Position numbers and translations under genes: made by a program. The notes under the pieces were generated by a model. That model was not told the origin of the DNA and did no database searches. It saw only the letters and a list, made by a program, of their open reading frames with translations. From Lingula anatina (Eukaryota > Animalia > Brachiopoda), in contig CM120643.1 of assembly GCA_051362555.1 (NCBI GenBank), forward strand, positions 29,516,848-29,580,847: a DNA stretch of 64,000 nucleotides. Reading direction: 5' to 3'. How positions within the stretch are numbered: position 1 is the stretch's first letter; each line of letters begins with the position of its first letter. Positions 25,801 to 39,300 of this stretch are shown piece by piece.

Positions 25801-27987
25801 CCAAACATCAAAAAGTAAAAATATGCTGAGAAAAAGAGATACCAATATGAATTTATCTGTGTTGAGATGCCAATTGTTCACAAGTCTATTATAACCTCTG
25901 AAGGAATATATACACAATATTAAATGATAGAGGATAGAATATATATTTGTAATTATTTATTTATTCCTTTTGCTAATCACTCATTTATAAATTCATCTAT
26001 TTATTTATTGGGCTACAGATACCTGGTTTTATAAGTGAAAACATTATCGGCAAAGTCACAGACAAAACGCTTTATAATAGTCCAAGTATTTTTTCATATG
26101 CAGCAGTGTGAATCGATATGATTTTATTAAGCTTAAAAATCTAATACTAAAAGTACCTACGATAGTAAGTCACCTGCCACTTTACATAGCTGATGATGTC
26201 ATAGTTGAGCGTCTACTCGATGGCGGATGGTTTGACGCTGGATAAAATGACGTGAAATAACGAGGCAGATGGCACTCATCTCTGTTTATAGATGTCATGT
26301 ATACAATACGTTGATTACATTACACATGCATTCGTTTTCAGGTCTGGAGCGTCTTCTCCGAGACGCCAAGGCGGGATGGGTGATGGGTCCGAGTAACGAG
26401 GTGACACGTGGGTGGATTGGACAAACCTCTCTTTTGGGGATGGACGCACTGGATTACTGGTAAGTAGACAATTCAATTAGTTTAATCATGCATTGCCTTT
26501 GTATCAAAATCTTCTTTTTGGGGAGCTATAGACACCAGATTATTTTACATGAATTTAAAAAATATAGCAGTGATTGTTTTAAACATCTAAAGAAATGAAA
26601 AAGTTTTTTTTGGGGGGGGTTCAATTTTTAGTAACTTATAATGTAAAATCTGTGATAAGCAATACCTTATATGTGTAATTATGTTATGTTATGTTGAAGT
26701 TAGTAGCTGTGTTATATTTAATACAAAATTTTGATGTTATTATGATTTAGGGTCCAACATTCTCATAAACGCGTCCTAAATGCAGAGATTAAGAAACTGA
26801 ACATTGAGGACAAGAAAGCTCTTTCAGAGCGTCTGCTTCGAGAGATTGCTCTGCAGGAGAGTGGGGGCACCGGTGCAGAACCAAACCAAGACATCAACTT
26901 CGACGACCCTTTCTCAGCAAGGTCACCAAAGCACGTGGGCGCCCTGAAAGGAGTCGACGGGAAAACGCACCTGCCGGGGTTAAAAACAGACGCTTTTGTC
27001 CCGCTGAAGCTTATTGAACGCACCAACGAAGTTGACAACATCGTGCGTCTGAAATTCGCCCTCCCTAATGCCGAAATGCATTCTGGGTGCATGTCAGGCC
27101 AGTACGTGCAGGCCCGGATTGATGTGAATGGGAAAAGTAATGACCGCTACCTGTCACCTCTGTCTGTACCCTCTGACTACGGCGTGATGGAGTTTGGGAT
27201 GCGCCTGGAGACTCACGGTTTATTCTCCAAAGCCATTCAAGCGATGAAAATAGGTAAATGATGTAAAACTGTTTTATCAAATGTTGATTACAATCTCATT
27301 ACAAAAACAGGTTCACCCACATCAAAACTTTTGAGCCCATGGAAAAAATAATGTTCACCAATAAAGCCAATGCTGTTTCAACGTATGCTTTCACTAACAT
27401 ATGATGTTTTTAGTAATGTGTTGGAGTATAAAGGAGGGTCTTTTACATATATAATTTATTTTGTCTTTACAGGAGACACCATGGAGTGCCGCGGTCCATG
27501 TGGTGGTTTTGAGTACGAACCCGGGAAACTGGATCAGTTGGTTCTGATTGCGACTGGAGTCAGCGCCACGCCTGCCATACAATTGTTTCGAACCGTTGCA
27601 AAGAATAAATCCGACAAAACTCGCGTGTCATTCTTCTACCACGCTAAAACACCAGACCACCTCCTTTGTCGTGACGAGCTTGCAAGTTACACTGAAGACG
27701 ACGAGCGCTTGACGACCACATTCTGTGTTTCAGAAGCAGATGATAAATGGTCCAGGCTTGAAGGATTGATCGATTCCGATTCGTTGAAACCGTGCTTGCC
27801 TGTAGCCAACGGGAAGAAAGTAAAATTCATCATCTGCTCTGGCACTAATGTTGTCATCACAATTCTGGATGTTTTGTACGGCTTGCAGTACAAGAGCGAG
27901 GACATCTACATCTATGGGCCATTTGGTGTTGAGTTGCTTCGTTCTGTGTTCGGACGGAAAGCCAAACTGTCCGAAGACCACTGCTAA
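19129..27987 (+). CDS. ACAD-fold flavoprotein / cytochrome-b5-reductase-like fusion, copy B (complete, 767 aa)
   Basis: Exons 19129-19272, 20469-20649, 21085-21213, 21497-21678, 22441-22555, 22777-22946, 23352-23482, 25566-25681, 26342-26459, 26751-27253, 27473-27987 = 2304 nt, all GT-AG, no internal stop. ACAD motifs LGLLGLIIPKELGGLG, YSDPATG, CGGAGY, LERLLRDAK; reductase motifs GQYV, RYLSP, RGPCG. Confidence 0.93.
21762..22258. mobile_element. MITE-like element in intron 4 of copy B
   Basis: TIRs gcaaggctgacacttgcacga / tcgtgcaagtgtcagccttgc; CpG-rich interior with repeated cacga/tcgtg; not present in intron 4 of copy C. Confidence 0.75.
24140..25090 (+). repeat. Dispersed repeat with two tRNA-like segments (copy 1)
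   Basis: Homologous to about 33600-35000 and about 43680-44420; contains ggttcgaatcc and gagttcaaatccc B-box-like motifs preceded by A-box-like motifs. Confidence 0.7.
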
Positions 27988-30074
27988 AACACGCAAGACT
28001 TTGCTGTATATGGGCGTCCCGTTTCTTTCTAACACGTTTTATCAGTCTGGTGATATGGCCTCCAGTGTTTTCTCTGTTGCTGAGGTTGTGTACATATAGC
28101 CACCAAGTCTCAGCTCTTTGCCTCTGTATAAACATGTCGACATGGTTCGGGGAGGATGGAGGTGCCACCGATGTTTTAGATATTTGCTTGTGTCATATCT
28201 ACACCAATAGTGTCCTTAGCCAGAAGTTACGTGCCTATATATACGAAGCATTTTTCCTTGATGAAAGAGACATGACAGACACGAAATTATTGAATTCACT
28301 GCATGCTTATTTTCTAACTTTTGATTAAAAAACACAACTATACAAAAAGTAAATTAGTAATCAAATATTTTACTCAGGGTGACTTTGTATGCAGGATGAG
28401 CATATGCTAACATTTTATTTGTATTAAATCATGTATTTTGGGATATTGACCCATATTTTAGAGGGTTCCCTCGGCCTATATACTTTCCAAATGCACATAA
28501 CAACATTTTTATGTATTGAATAAAGAGATTGCAGAGGTAAAACTATATGATTTTAAGTCAATCGTATTAAAGTACAATGTGCTTTCGGCGTCGGTCAATT
28601 ATTCCAGCTGTAGGTCCATCATAGCCAGGAGGTGACACCATCTGCATGCAAAAATTTGTATAAAATTCGCGGTTCCGAAACACGTGCTCGAATGTCATTG
28701 TTGAAGACCTGTTTGTGTGTATGTGTGCTAGAGAAATCAGTAGTTCAGTGTTGTATTGTTTACAATCGACATTTTTTAAATATATATGTTAAATAATAAT
28801 AATAATAAATTAGTCACGCAACGAGGTGGTCGCAGGGTTCCCCCTGGGGATGAAAGATGCTGTCCAAGTGATCTTGATAGTCTCCCCGGTCGTCTCTCTT
28901 GCTCTTCAACACTTTATATCTGTCTCCAATAGGTATTCGAATTTATGTAACTGTCTGAAGTACTTGCAAAAAATTTGAGACCAATGAAGGGCCGTTACTG
29001 TGTCCACACCCCATTATATTTACCCCATCTATGCAAAAACAACAGGTTCGAAGTAAGCTCATTAAAGTGCACTTAATTAAAACCATTTAAAAGGTACGTA
29101 ACAAGATGCTACATCAAGGCGAGGGACCTGGAAGATTTTACTACATTGATGACACACTTTTGAAAGTAACATGAGACTTGTGAGACGTAAGGCTTGTGTC
29201 ACGGTATATCCACTTTATATCATTTCTCGGCAACCACGCAGAGTGGCTCCCTGCTACTGATGTCAATAGTATGCCAAAAACCTTTCCCCAAGTGGTAGCG
29301 AATGTGAACGGTGTGCATGAAAATATATTTTTATGTGACAAAGTCAGAGCACGACTAAGACTTACGAATGCTATTAATTTTGTGATCGTAACCCTCGTAA
29401 AATGTATTTTAGTCAGAAAGAGAGAATAAAAAACAAAACTCTAGAGCAAAGCAATAGAACTTCTCAAATATCGCCATTTCCGCTCCTTAATTCCCAATTT
29501 AAAAACGACCACAAATATTTAGAATAAATGATCATAGGCGCAGCGCTAGCAATTAATTAAAATAAGAAGTCATGTACATGTTTAATGTAGGCAACTTTGT
29601 TCAATAGCATTTCATAAGCGTTTTTAATATTAGAACCATTATATTGTGGACTATTTTTTACAAGTGGCGTCTTAAGTATAAAAAATAAAACATTTATAAG
29701 TTTAAATAAGTTTTGTAGGCCCATTCGCCACCCCAAACCCCCCTTTCGTATTGCAACGTAACGTTAGCAATATAAATACACGGTTCGGCCAAACAGCAAA
29801 GACCTGTTAATATCATTCCCCAATCCAAGTTCAGAAAACACCCATGTATATCTTGAATTAATGGATATTAGGTCTGCACCAATATCCGATTAACTTTAAT
29901 AAATGTCCTTAAATAACGTTGCCAAAGGCGATGGCCTTGAAATCATGAACGCGTAACCAATGACAAAAATATTTCAGCAGTGGTTGATACAGCACATAAG
30001 TCGCGTCCCTTCGCGTCCGTCTGCGGCACACTGCATCCAGTGATCGGAGTAATAACTCAGCTAGATCTATAGAG

Positions 30075-30338
30075 ATGTCTTCCGAAAAAATGTGGGGAAA
30101 TCGTCCTTTCTGGGGAATAGGGACCGACTACGACCCTCTCTGGGACTTGACGGAGGGACAAAGGGAGATTCAGAAGAAGCTGATAGAGCTGTGTCGCACT
30201 ACCTTGCGTCCAAATGCTGTAAGTTTCTTATGTGAAATTTCACACCAACGCGCATGCACACACAAGCATTTGCACGTTTGACTGCGTAACAAGGCTCTTC
30301 CTCATGACTAGTGCCAGGTTTCAGTACGTGCATCAGTG

Positions 30339-30380
<42 letters not shown>

Positions 30381-33300
30381 CATGTATAACTTTTTTCGTT
30401 GTAAAAACAGTCAGAAGAAGCCAAACCCAGGGGATCGTACACAAACGTACCAAAAATGCACAGAACTGCACGTTAAGATCTAAGGACAAATTATTATCTA
30501 AACCTCAATATGCAAGACTAAAAACATTCTAAGAAAAAGTCTTTTGGATATGCACCCTCATATGAGAAGAATCATTTATCACCAGTTCTAAAAACATAAG
30601 CTAAGCATATGATTTTCATAAAGAACTGAAGACATTTCTTTGTTTAATAAGTTCGATCGAATACTTTGCAAACCCATTTAATTGTACACTTTCCCTTAAT
30701 TCTTAATAACATTTCATCTAGCTGTTAGTTTCAGAATTTCCTGATGCTTTCATTAATTTATTATCCTCGTCTACCTTCGAGCGATCGACATGTTTTTGCT
30801 CCGCAGTGCCACCACACCATTATTCTCACGCTAGTTTATAGGCTTTTAGCCATCTGCGGTTTCCTAAAATCTTTACATATTTTAGTCGCGCACACACTTG
30901 TATGTTTCCAAAGACTGGATGAATATATGTCCTTAGGCCAGGATACATAATAAATGTCCTTAGGCCAGGATATATAATAAATAATGCAGCTGGTCACGCA
31001 TCACCGGGACTACATTTGCATTTGCACTGCGTTAGTGACATTAACACATCTACATTTCTCGAATGCCGCTTTCGTCGTAAAACGTTTTTCTTCCATTTTT
31101 TCGCCTCTTTCATGAGGTCCTACTAACCTTTTGATTAATAAGGCATTTCAATCGTTTTCTTATAAATTTTCAACCATCTAGTATTATTTTTCAATATTTT
31201 ACGGGAGAGAGGGGGGTACGTGTTTAGGTCATGTAAAATTAAATCCACACACCTTGTACTACTGTTAATATTCAGCTCTACAAATTAATGCATCCCAAAT
31301 GTGAAAGTCTTGTTATTAAGAATGAGACATGGTATTATGTTCTTCTCATTTAGATAATATCTGACGAAACCTATGCATTTCCAAGAGCCAACATGGACGC
31401 CCTTGCATCGCTAGGCCTTCTGGGATTGATCGTACCGAAAGAACTTGGCGGGCTGGGTGAAAACCACGTGTGTGCTGCTATGGTAACGGAAACAATCGCC
31501 CGATACGGATGTCCCAGTACGGCGATGGTGTATTGTGAGTACACATGGTAACACAATGGTCTCATTTCAGCCACTTACTGTTATTACCTAATAATAGGCT
31601 GTTGATTGTCGTGCCATTGGTTATGAAATCATAGGTATTCGCCTTGTTGTTGGTCATGAGTAAATTAAGAAATATGAAAAACACATTATGTGAATATTAA
31701 GCAGATCCTTTATACTCAACCGAAGGTTTCAAATGCCATACTAAAACAGTTAAATTAACAATGTATTTTAGTTTGACTAAATTAATTAAATTAAAATATT
31801 AGTTACTTAATTTGTATGTTTATTTGTTAATTCATTTATTTATTTATTACGTAAGGTATGCACGTGAGTTCTGTAGCTGCAATGCTGCTGAGGCATCACA
31901 AAAACGATGTAGTGAAGGACGTTCTTCGACGTGTGAATCGTGATAAACTAATTGGAACTCTGTCATACAGCGATCCAGCGACAGGTAAAGTCAAAACCTG
32001 TGTACGATATACGTAGGCCTAAACAGCGCAAGTCTTGGTACTGCTTTCACATATTAGACGCATATACCAATATTGCGGGCACACGGCTTTCAGATGGAGT
32101 GTGTTCGCAAATAATATTAGTGGCGGATTTAGAGGGGGAGGGGGGGGTTCAGGGGGGTTCTGATGAACTTTAACAGCGTTGATGATAATACCATGTTTGC
32201 AGACTCTACTCCCATAGGCCCAATAGTCGAACCCTGCAATGTTCTTTCCTGTAAACGTTTTTTGTTGAAATGCATTCTTCAGGCCGAAAGATGCAAAATT
32301 AGCTTGGTTGCTATTTCCGAGACATTGAGCATTTTTCAATATGGCCGTCAATTTATCAGGAAGATAGAAAAACGACCATAAGTCGCCGGTATACTTTATT
32401 AACATGTTTTTTGAACGTTACTCCTATCAGGAGAGCACAACAGTACTAGTGGATACGCTTAAGCGCGTACCATTTAGCAAAAAAAATCAAAATGGCCGTC
32501 AAAACATATGTAGAAACTGACAAAAGCTGCAGAATAAATTATTCGTCTTTTGCATATTTAGTTTTATTAAAACCATATCCGCTTTTTATATTTATGTTAA
32601 TTATGATATGTTATTAGCCATGACCCTAAACTCTCGGAATAAGCTTATCTGACAGTTCAATAAGCCCCAAAGAGTCTGTTTACTACTTCCACGGATCCCA
32701 TAGTCAAATGCATGGAGTGTTATTCTCTGTAATTTTTTTAAAGAATTGAATACTTCGGGGGTATAAAAGCCAATTTAATTTGGCCTTTCTTGGCAGTGGC
32801 AACATTTGGAACATTGATCAATTTTCAAAATTCAAAATGGCCGTCAATCATATAAAATATATCATTATAACATTATATTATAAATAAATAATTAAGTAAA
32901 ATAGCAAAGAGCCGGGTTCAAAGTGCATGGTATCCCAAATTTCAAATGACTGCTAAAACATGCCCAGAAAGGTAAAAAAAAAGCAGTAAAATTACGTTTT
33001 GAACTGATAATCTGGCGTATAATATATATTAAACCATTTTATTTATTGACAAGGTGTACTAGTAAAGTACAGTTATACTAAAACTCTATAAGAGAGGATC
33101 ATTGATACACTGTAGGACTGACCGTTACGTAAGTTCTCTTTTTACAACGGACTCAGTCTGATGCAAATTTTATCAAGGGCCAACGGGGGTTTCCGCAGGA
33201 TTTTGTGAACAGGGGGTCCAAAATGTAAATCTGCAATCGGGATCCTTATATTTACATGGAGGCCAACCAAGTCCGTTGGTGGGGACGGGGGGGGGGGGTA

Positions 33301-36300
33301 AAATAATATTGTCAAAATATTAACCTTACTATTATTATTATTTTGTTTTTATAGTGAGCATACTTATATTAATTTTTGTGATTTTATACCTTGATCATAA
33401 CTTTATTCAGCATGTATATACAATTTAGCTTTAAAAAGACGTTTAAGAAAATATGTCATCAGTACATAACAGCACTTCTAAATGTTCTTATTACTGCATT
33501 TTTTTTAGTTTACATTTTATAGAGTCAGTAAACAAAACAAATCTTTTGGTTATATACTGACAGCCATTAAAAACATTGAGGCCATATTACTCAAGTTTGA
33601 AGCTCTAAATTGATTTTTGAAAATTGCGATTAATTACTATAAGAGGAAATTCGTACGTACGGAGGGTGGGCGTTTCAGTCACGGCGCAGTCGGTAGCGTG
33701 CATGGATGCAAATGAGCAATCCAAAGCGTCAACAATCATGGTAAAGCAGAGTCACGAGTTCGAATCCCGGATGAGGCACGTCACTCCATACCGACAACGA
33801 CTGGGCCCCTGAACTGGGATGTCAGGGGAACGAATGTTGGCTCTCGTGGGTATTTGCAAGTTACCTTTTGCATAAAAATACGGTATATTTTAAAAGTTTT
33901 CATGAAGTGATCGATTTAAAACGAACATATTGCTGGCATTAGAACAAAGTCTGCGTCGTCAATATTATATTTCCTTTCTTTTCATTTGAAAATCCTTATT
34001 TTGGTGCCACAGATCTTGAACTTCAATTGAGCCATAGGGAACTGCATTTCTTCAAAATGTGCTATCATCTCGGTGGGACTATCAGAGAGAAAATGTTTAT
34101 TGTTTACAAAAGTCGCGTCGCCTCTATTCGCTTTTAACGGACATTCATTTTGTCTTTTCAAGCCCCGCTTTGCTATCTTGGGTCCTTGCTTCTAAAGACC
34201 GTTCATTTGTTCATACAGTACCCGGGGCAAGTCCGCAGTAGACATTTGAAAGAGTAAAGACTACTCAATAATGTAAGGTTTGTTGTGTTTGTTGTGTTAG
34301 CTGTGATTGTGTTCTGTGTGTATCGTGTATGTTCGTATGTGTACGTGGAGGTCACGGGTTGAAAGACCGCGCCTCATAAAATTTCATTTCCACCTGAAAG
34401 TCGGACGGAGATGCAGGTTGAATAACTGAAATAGGTATTCCAGTGATCTTGCAGGTAAGTTTAACTATATTTAATAAATGACCAATCCATGGTTTAAATT
34501 CATACATTTCTAAATTTATATATTTATTTTTATGGTGTTTTTGGCATTGTTATATTTTTATTTCTTTGTTCTGTCTTTCTTGTCTTTCGTCAGTGTAAAT
34601 TTTGTTAATGTAATCGTTTAAAATTAATTTGTTTATATTGATCTTGCAGATATTTGGAGATATTTGAACAATAATAATAAAGAAACATCAACCCGAGTTA
34701 TCGGTCTGTTACATTAATAAAACCGCCGAGGTGTGAACAGCTGTGAACCTCTTCGTGCTACATAACGTCGAAGGCGAAACCAAGCGTTATCTCAGGTCAA
34801 AACAAGATTTAAAAAAATAAAAGCATCTGAAGTCTTCTTACGCGGAACTTTCCGAGCAGGCCCATCAATGCCCATCAACTTTTCCGGTATAACAGCGCGT
34901 CATACCACCTGTTAACCGTGTTCAGAAGAAAAACGATATCTTCTAGGAGGAATTCTTTGCCAATTATGCTTTACTAAAATATTTCCATCGCTGCAATTGC
35001 TATCTTGGGTCCTTGCTTCTAAAGACCGTTCATTTGTTCATACAGTACCCGGGGCAAGTCCGCAGTCGACATTTGAAAGAGTAATGACTACTCAATAATA
35101 AAACCGCCGAGGTGTGAACAGCTGTGAACGTCATCGTGCTCTATAACGTCAAAGATGAAACCAAACGTTATCTCAGTGCAAAACAAGATAAAAATAAAAA
35201 TAAAAAGCATCTGAAGTCATCTTGCTCGGACATTTCCGAGCAGGCCCATCAATGAAAGCGACACGACCTGTTGTAAACCGCCTTTGGTCCCATTGTACTC
35301 TTTGAGCGCATTCTCAACGAATTAAGCCAGGCTTTACAAAGCCGGTGACCTAAAAATGGCGGACGTACATGAAAGAAAAACCGCCTAATATTTTAATAGT
35401 CTCTCCGCCTCCCCACACGTCGTCCCTGCGGGGTACAGTAATTAAATCGCGTCTCCGTTCGCCATGCGGAAGCTACCTGAGAAATATTAAGTGCGCATGC
35501 TCATCAGTTAAACTCGTGGTGAAGAAACCATGGCGGCTGAAGGCGATCGAAGGAAAAAAGCTCTTCTGTTCTATTATCTTTGAAAACAGAGACGAAAAAG
35601 GAATAATTTGGCCCGTAGAGCAGCAATGAATCGACTATCTACGGAGATAATATCACCAGAGATATTCACGGAAATATTAATGTTCGGAGCCGAGATTTAA
35701 TTACTGTACCCCGCAGGGACGACGTGTGGGGAGGCGTGTGAGAGGCAGAGAGACTATTAAAAGATTAGGCGGTTTTTCTTTCATGTACGTCCGCCATTTT
35801 TAGGTCACCGGCTTTGTAAAAACTGGCTTAATTCGTTGAGAATGCGCTCTTTGATATCATAGGTAAAGCCAGAATTATTTTAAGTATAAATCAAACTCTG
35901 AGCTTTGCCTCGGGTTCTCATACACGGCTCCCTGTACATCATGGAATTTACCGTTCACGATAAAACATGGTCGAGGGTTGCGTGAGATGAAATACGGCAC
36001 CCGGACGATCGATTGGGACAGCAGATATATACATGTTAATCCATCTGTCCCTCTCCGTGACAAGGTTCAATAGAGTCATAGTTAACTCCGTATGTACTGC
36101 ATTTCTTCAAAATGTGCTATCATCTCGGTGGGATTATCAGAGAGAAAATTTTTTATTGTTTACGAAAGTCGCGTCGCCTCTATTGCTTTTAACGGACATT
36201 CATTTTGTCTTTTTAAGCCCGAACTTGAATTGATTCAGTAGCTTTTCCGGTATAACAGCACGTCATACCACCTGTTAACCGTGTTCAGAAGAAAAACGAT

Positions 36301-39300
36301 ATCTTCTAGGAGGAATTATTTGCCAATTATGATTCACTCAAATGTTTCCATCGCTGCAATTGCTTAAATGTAAATCGCCCCAGTAATTACACATTTGAAT
36401 GTTGTTTTTTTTAAGTCCCTCTTTTTAGGGTCTCAAGTTTTGTAGCCCAGATGAAATAAATTCTTTTAAAAAAGCTTGCAAGATATAACATAGCAGGCTT
36501 TGACTCTGGGGCTAGTGGGAGTGGCAATTGGACTCCTGCCACCATCTGATAAATGTCAAATAAGCAGTTTCTGAGAGTTTAGGATCATGACTAACTAATT
36601 ATCATACTGAACATAAATAGAAAAGGCGGATATGTTTTAATAAGACTAAATTTGCAAAAAAAATTATTTTGCTGCTTTTTTACTTACTGCCATATGTTTT
36701 GACGGCCATTTTTGCTAAATGTTACGCGCGTAAGTGTATTTACTAGTCTTGCTGTATTCACCTGATAGGTTAAACATTCAAAGAAGCTCTTAATAAAGAA
36801 TACCCGGCGACTTCTGGTCGTTTTTCTATTTTTCCTGATAAATTGACGATCATATTGAAAAATGCTCAGTGTCTCGGAAATAGCAACCAAGCTAATTTTG
36901 CTTCTCTCTGGAGAATGCATTTCTGCAAAAAAAAAAAGTTTACAGGAAAAAACATTGCAGGGTTAGCGTTCTGGCTACTCGACTATGAATAAACCTGTTA
37001 TATCTCTATAATAAGACTTTAATATATTCCAATGTTGAAATAAGTTTATTGGCCAACGTTCCTTTCAGGCGGCCATTTTTGGTTTCCTTTCTCCTCCAAA
37101 AACCACCAAGAGGCAGACGGTCAATTCCGACTCCTGAAGTATTCCTCCTGGACTACCAGTGCCGGTTTTGCTGACTTCTACGTCATACAGACCATCAGTC
37201 CTGATTTTTCTGGAGACTATTCCAACTTGTCTGTGTTCTTAGTCTTTCCGGTAAGTGGGGTGGTGTAGGCTTTATGAGTTGTACAATGTCCATTAAACCA
37301 GGATTTCGCTAAAGCAGCGGGCGGGGTGGGGTTGGCTTGGGGTGGAGGAGAGGTATACAGAAGACACCCAAGTATAAGATACCTTGATGAAGAGAACATT
37401 TTGAATTTAACCCCCCCTTTTTTTGTTTTCGCTAAATAATTAAAGTCTGTAACCCACAATAGATGCCTTTAAGAGTCCTGATGGTTTGACCACGTGATCA
37501 CTCTACGTTAACGTACAATTATTTTTAATCACATAACACGTCTAGGACGAGATCCGTGCCCATACTGACGACTGGAAAGCACTTGGCCTCCATGGTAACC
37601 AGTCTGGTGTGCTGATAACAGAGGGCGTTCTGAAGCAAGACCGTCTCATTGGACCAATAGGTAATTGTTTCACAAATGTGGGCTCCCATTACCATTTAAA
37701 AAATAAAAGTATTAATTATTTGAGCTCTGATTTAGATTCTCATATATACTGACAGTCAATGAAAGCTATTTAAGGTAGTCACGAAATCCAGTGTGACACA
37801 TGACAAAAAAAGTTCAGTGATGCCACGTCTGACACTGAAAGAGTGACTGCGGGCCCTGGGGATGCTGGAGGATAGGTCATTTTTCACACGTAAACTGTTA
37901 TTTTCATAATGTGCCGAAGGATCAAAAATATTATTCGATAAAGAAATGATGCGTTTCATTGACTGTCAGTACATTTTAGTATAGAAATCGAAAAAAACGG
38001 GATTAATATGCAGTCATTATGTGAAAAAGTGGCACTGGAGTAAAAAAGAACCAATAATATTTCTTTCAGGTGATGGAGCCGATTCCAACGACGAGACTGT
38101 GGACCCTTACTTCCTGTTGCTGTCGTCCTCCTGTTGGTGCGGGATTGCTATGGGCTGCATTGACGTAGCCAAAAAACACGTGGTGGACAAACGTCACGCT
38201 GACACCGGATTACGTATTTGTGACTATCCAGCCATTCAGGTAATGTAGATAGATTTGGAAATTAGTTTATTTACTGCATTTATAAGTGTACTCCAGGTGA
38301 TTTTGTATACTATTGAAGTAGCAACAGCCTTGAAGACAGATATTTCTTTGTTTTAATGTGCTCATAAAATGACCACCAGTAAATATATCAGTAATAATTG
38401 GAATCTGATTTTAATTAAAATTGAAAATTAATTTAAAGAATAAGCCTTGTTAACTTATTCAGCACTTAGTTAATCGGTTGGTCCATGAATTAAAGCGCAA
38501 TTCAAGTCATTAGGTCCGATTTAAAATCGAATTTCACAAATTCGCGGTTATCATAACTGGTGTCTGATCTTTCATAATAAATCTGTATCATCTTAGGATT
38601 ACTTCGGGCAGAGCATAGCGTCTACGAACGCGTGTCGTTCTATGCTGTTCCACGTGGCACGAGGTTACGACAAGGTCACCAATAACAATGATTGGAGTAT
38701 GCATAAAGATCTGACACTGAAACCAAGGTATGACATTGCACAGTTTATTACTTCTATATTGGATATACTTACATAGAAGAGTTCTCTCAATTTAATTAAG
38801 TAGTTTGGTACCGGTGTAACGAACCTGAGGGTCCTTGTAACAGGAAGTCCGCCCTCCATTTGGTAATAATGGTTAGCCTTGTCTAAGTGGGTTAAAATCT
38901 AGAATGAGGCTGACATGAAAACACAAATGGGAAGCGGACTCTATTACGTGAGACTCTCTGTCACGATACACAAAACGGCTGTAAACCGAAAATGAGGACA
39001 ATTCCATATTGAAATAGATTTAAAGTTAACATAAAACTTGCGCCAATAATCTCATATTTTAACCCAGTCGAACTGAAATTGATTTAAAAGTGGACTGTTA
39101 CCGCGTTACCTTGTGTAAAAGTGGGCAAGTTAAGGTCAGTTTCAAACTTGGGGTTTATTACCAATGAAACTAGCTATCGTACTAGGGGACTTTTGTTTAA
39201 TGCAACCAGATTAACAGGCCTTCTACTGGCCTTGGCAAGAACAGAAACGCTGGTGGTTATACGGGTACGTTGGAAACAAGAGGAGGCGTGGCGATTCTTT

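Noticed and set aside
26763-27092. Antisense ORFs conserved between copies (also 40418-40747, 1451-1708, 53816-54073)
   Set aside because: Shadows of near-identical sense exons; no independent coding signal.
27955-27987. Internal AKL near the C-terminus as a peroxisomal PTS1
   Set aside because: AKL is followed by 5-6 residues in every copy, and PTS1 must be terminal.
33670-33780. Possible tRNA gene
   Set aside because: A- and B-box-like motifs are present but I cannot fold a cloverleaf, and the segment is part of a dispersed repeat.
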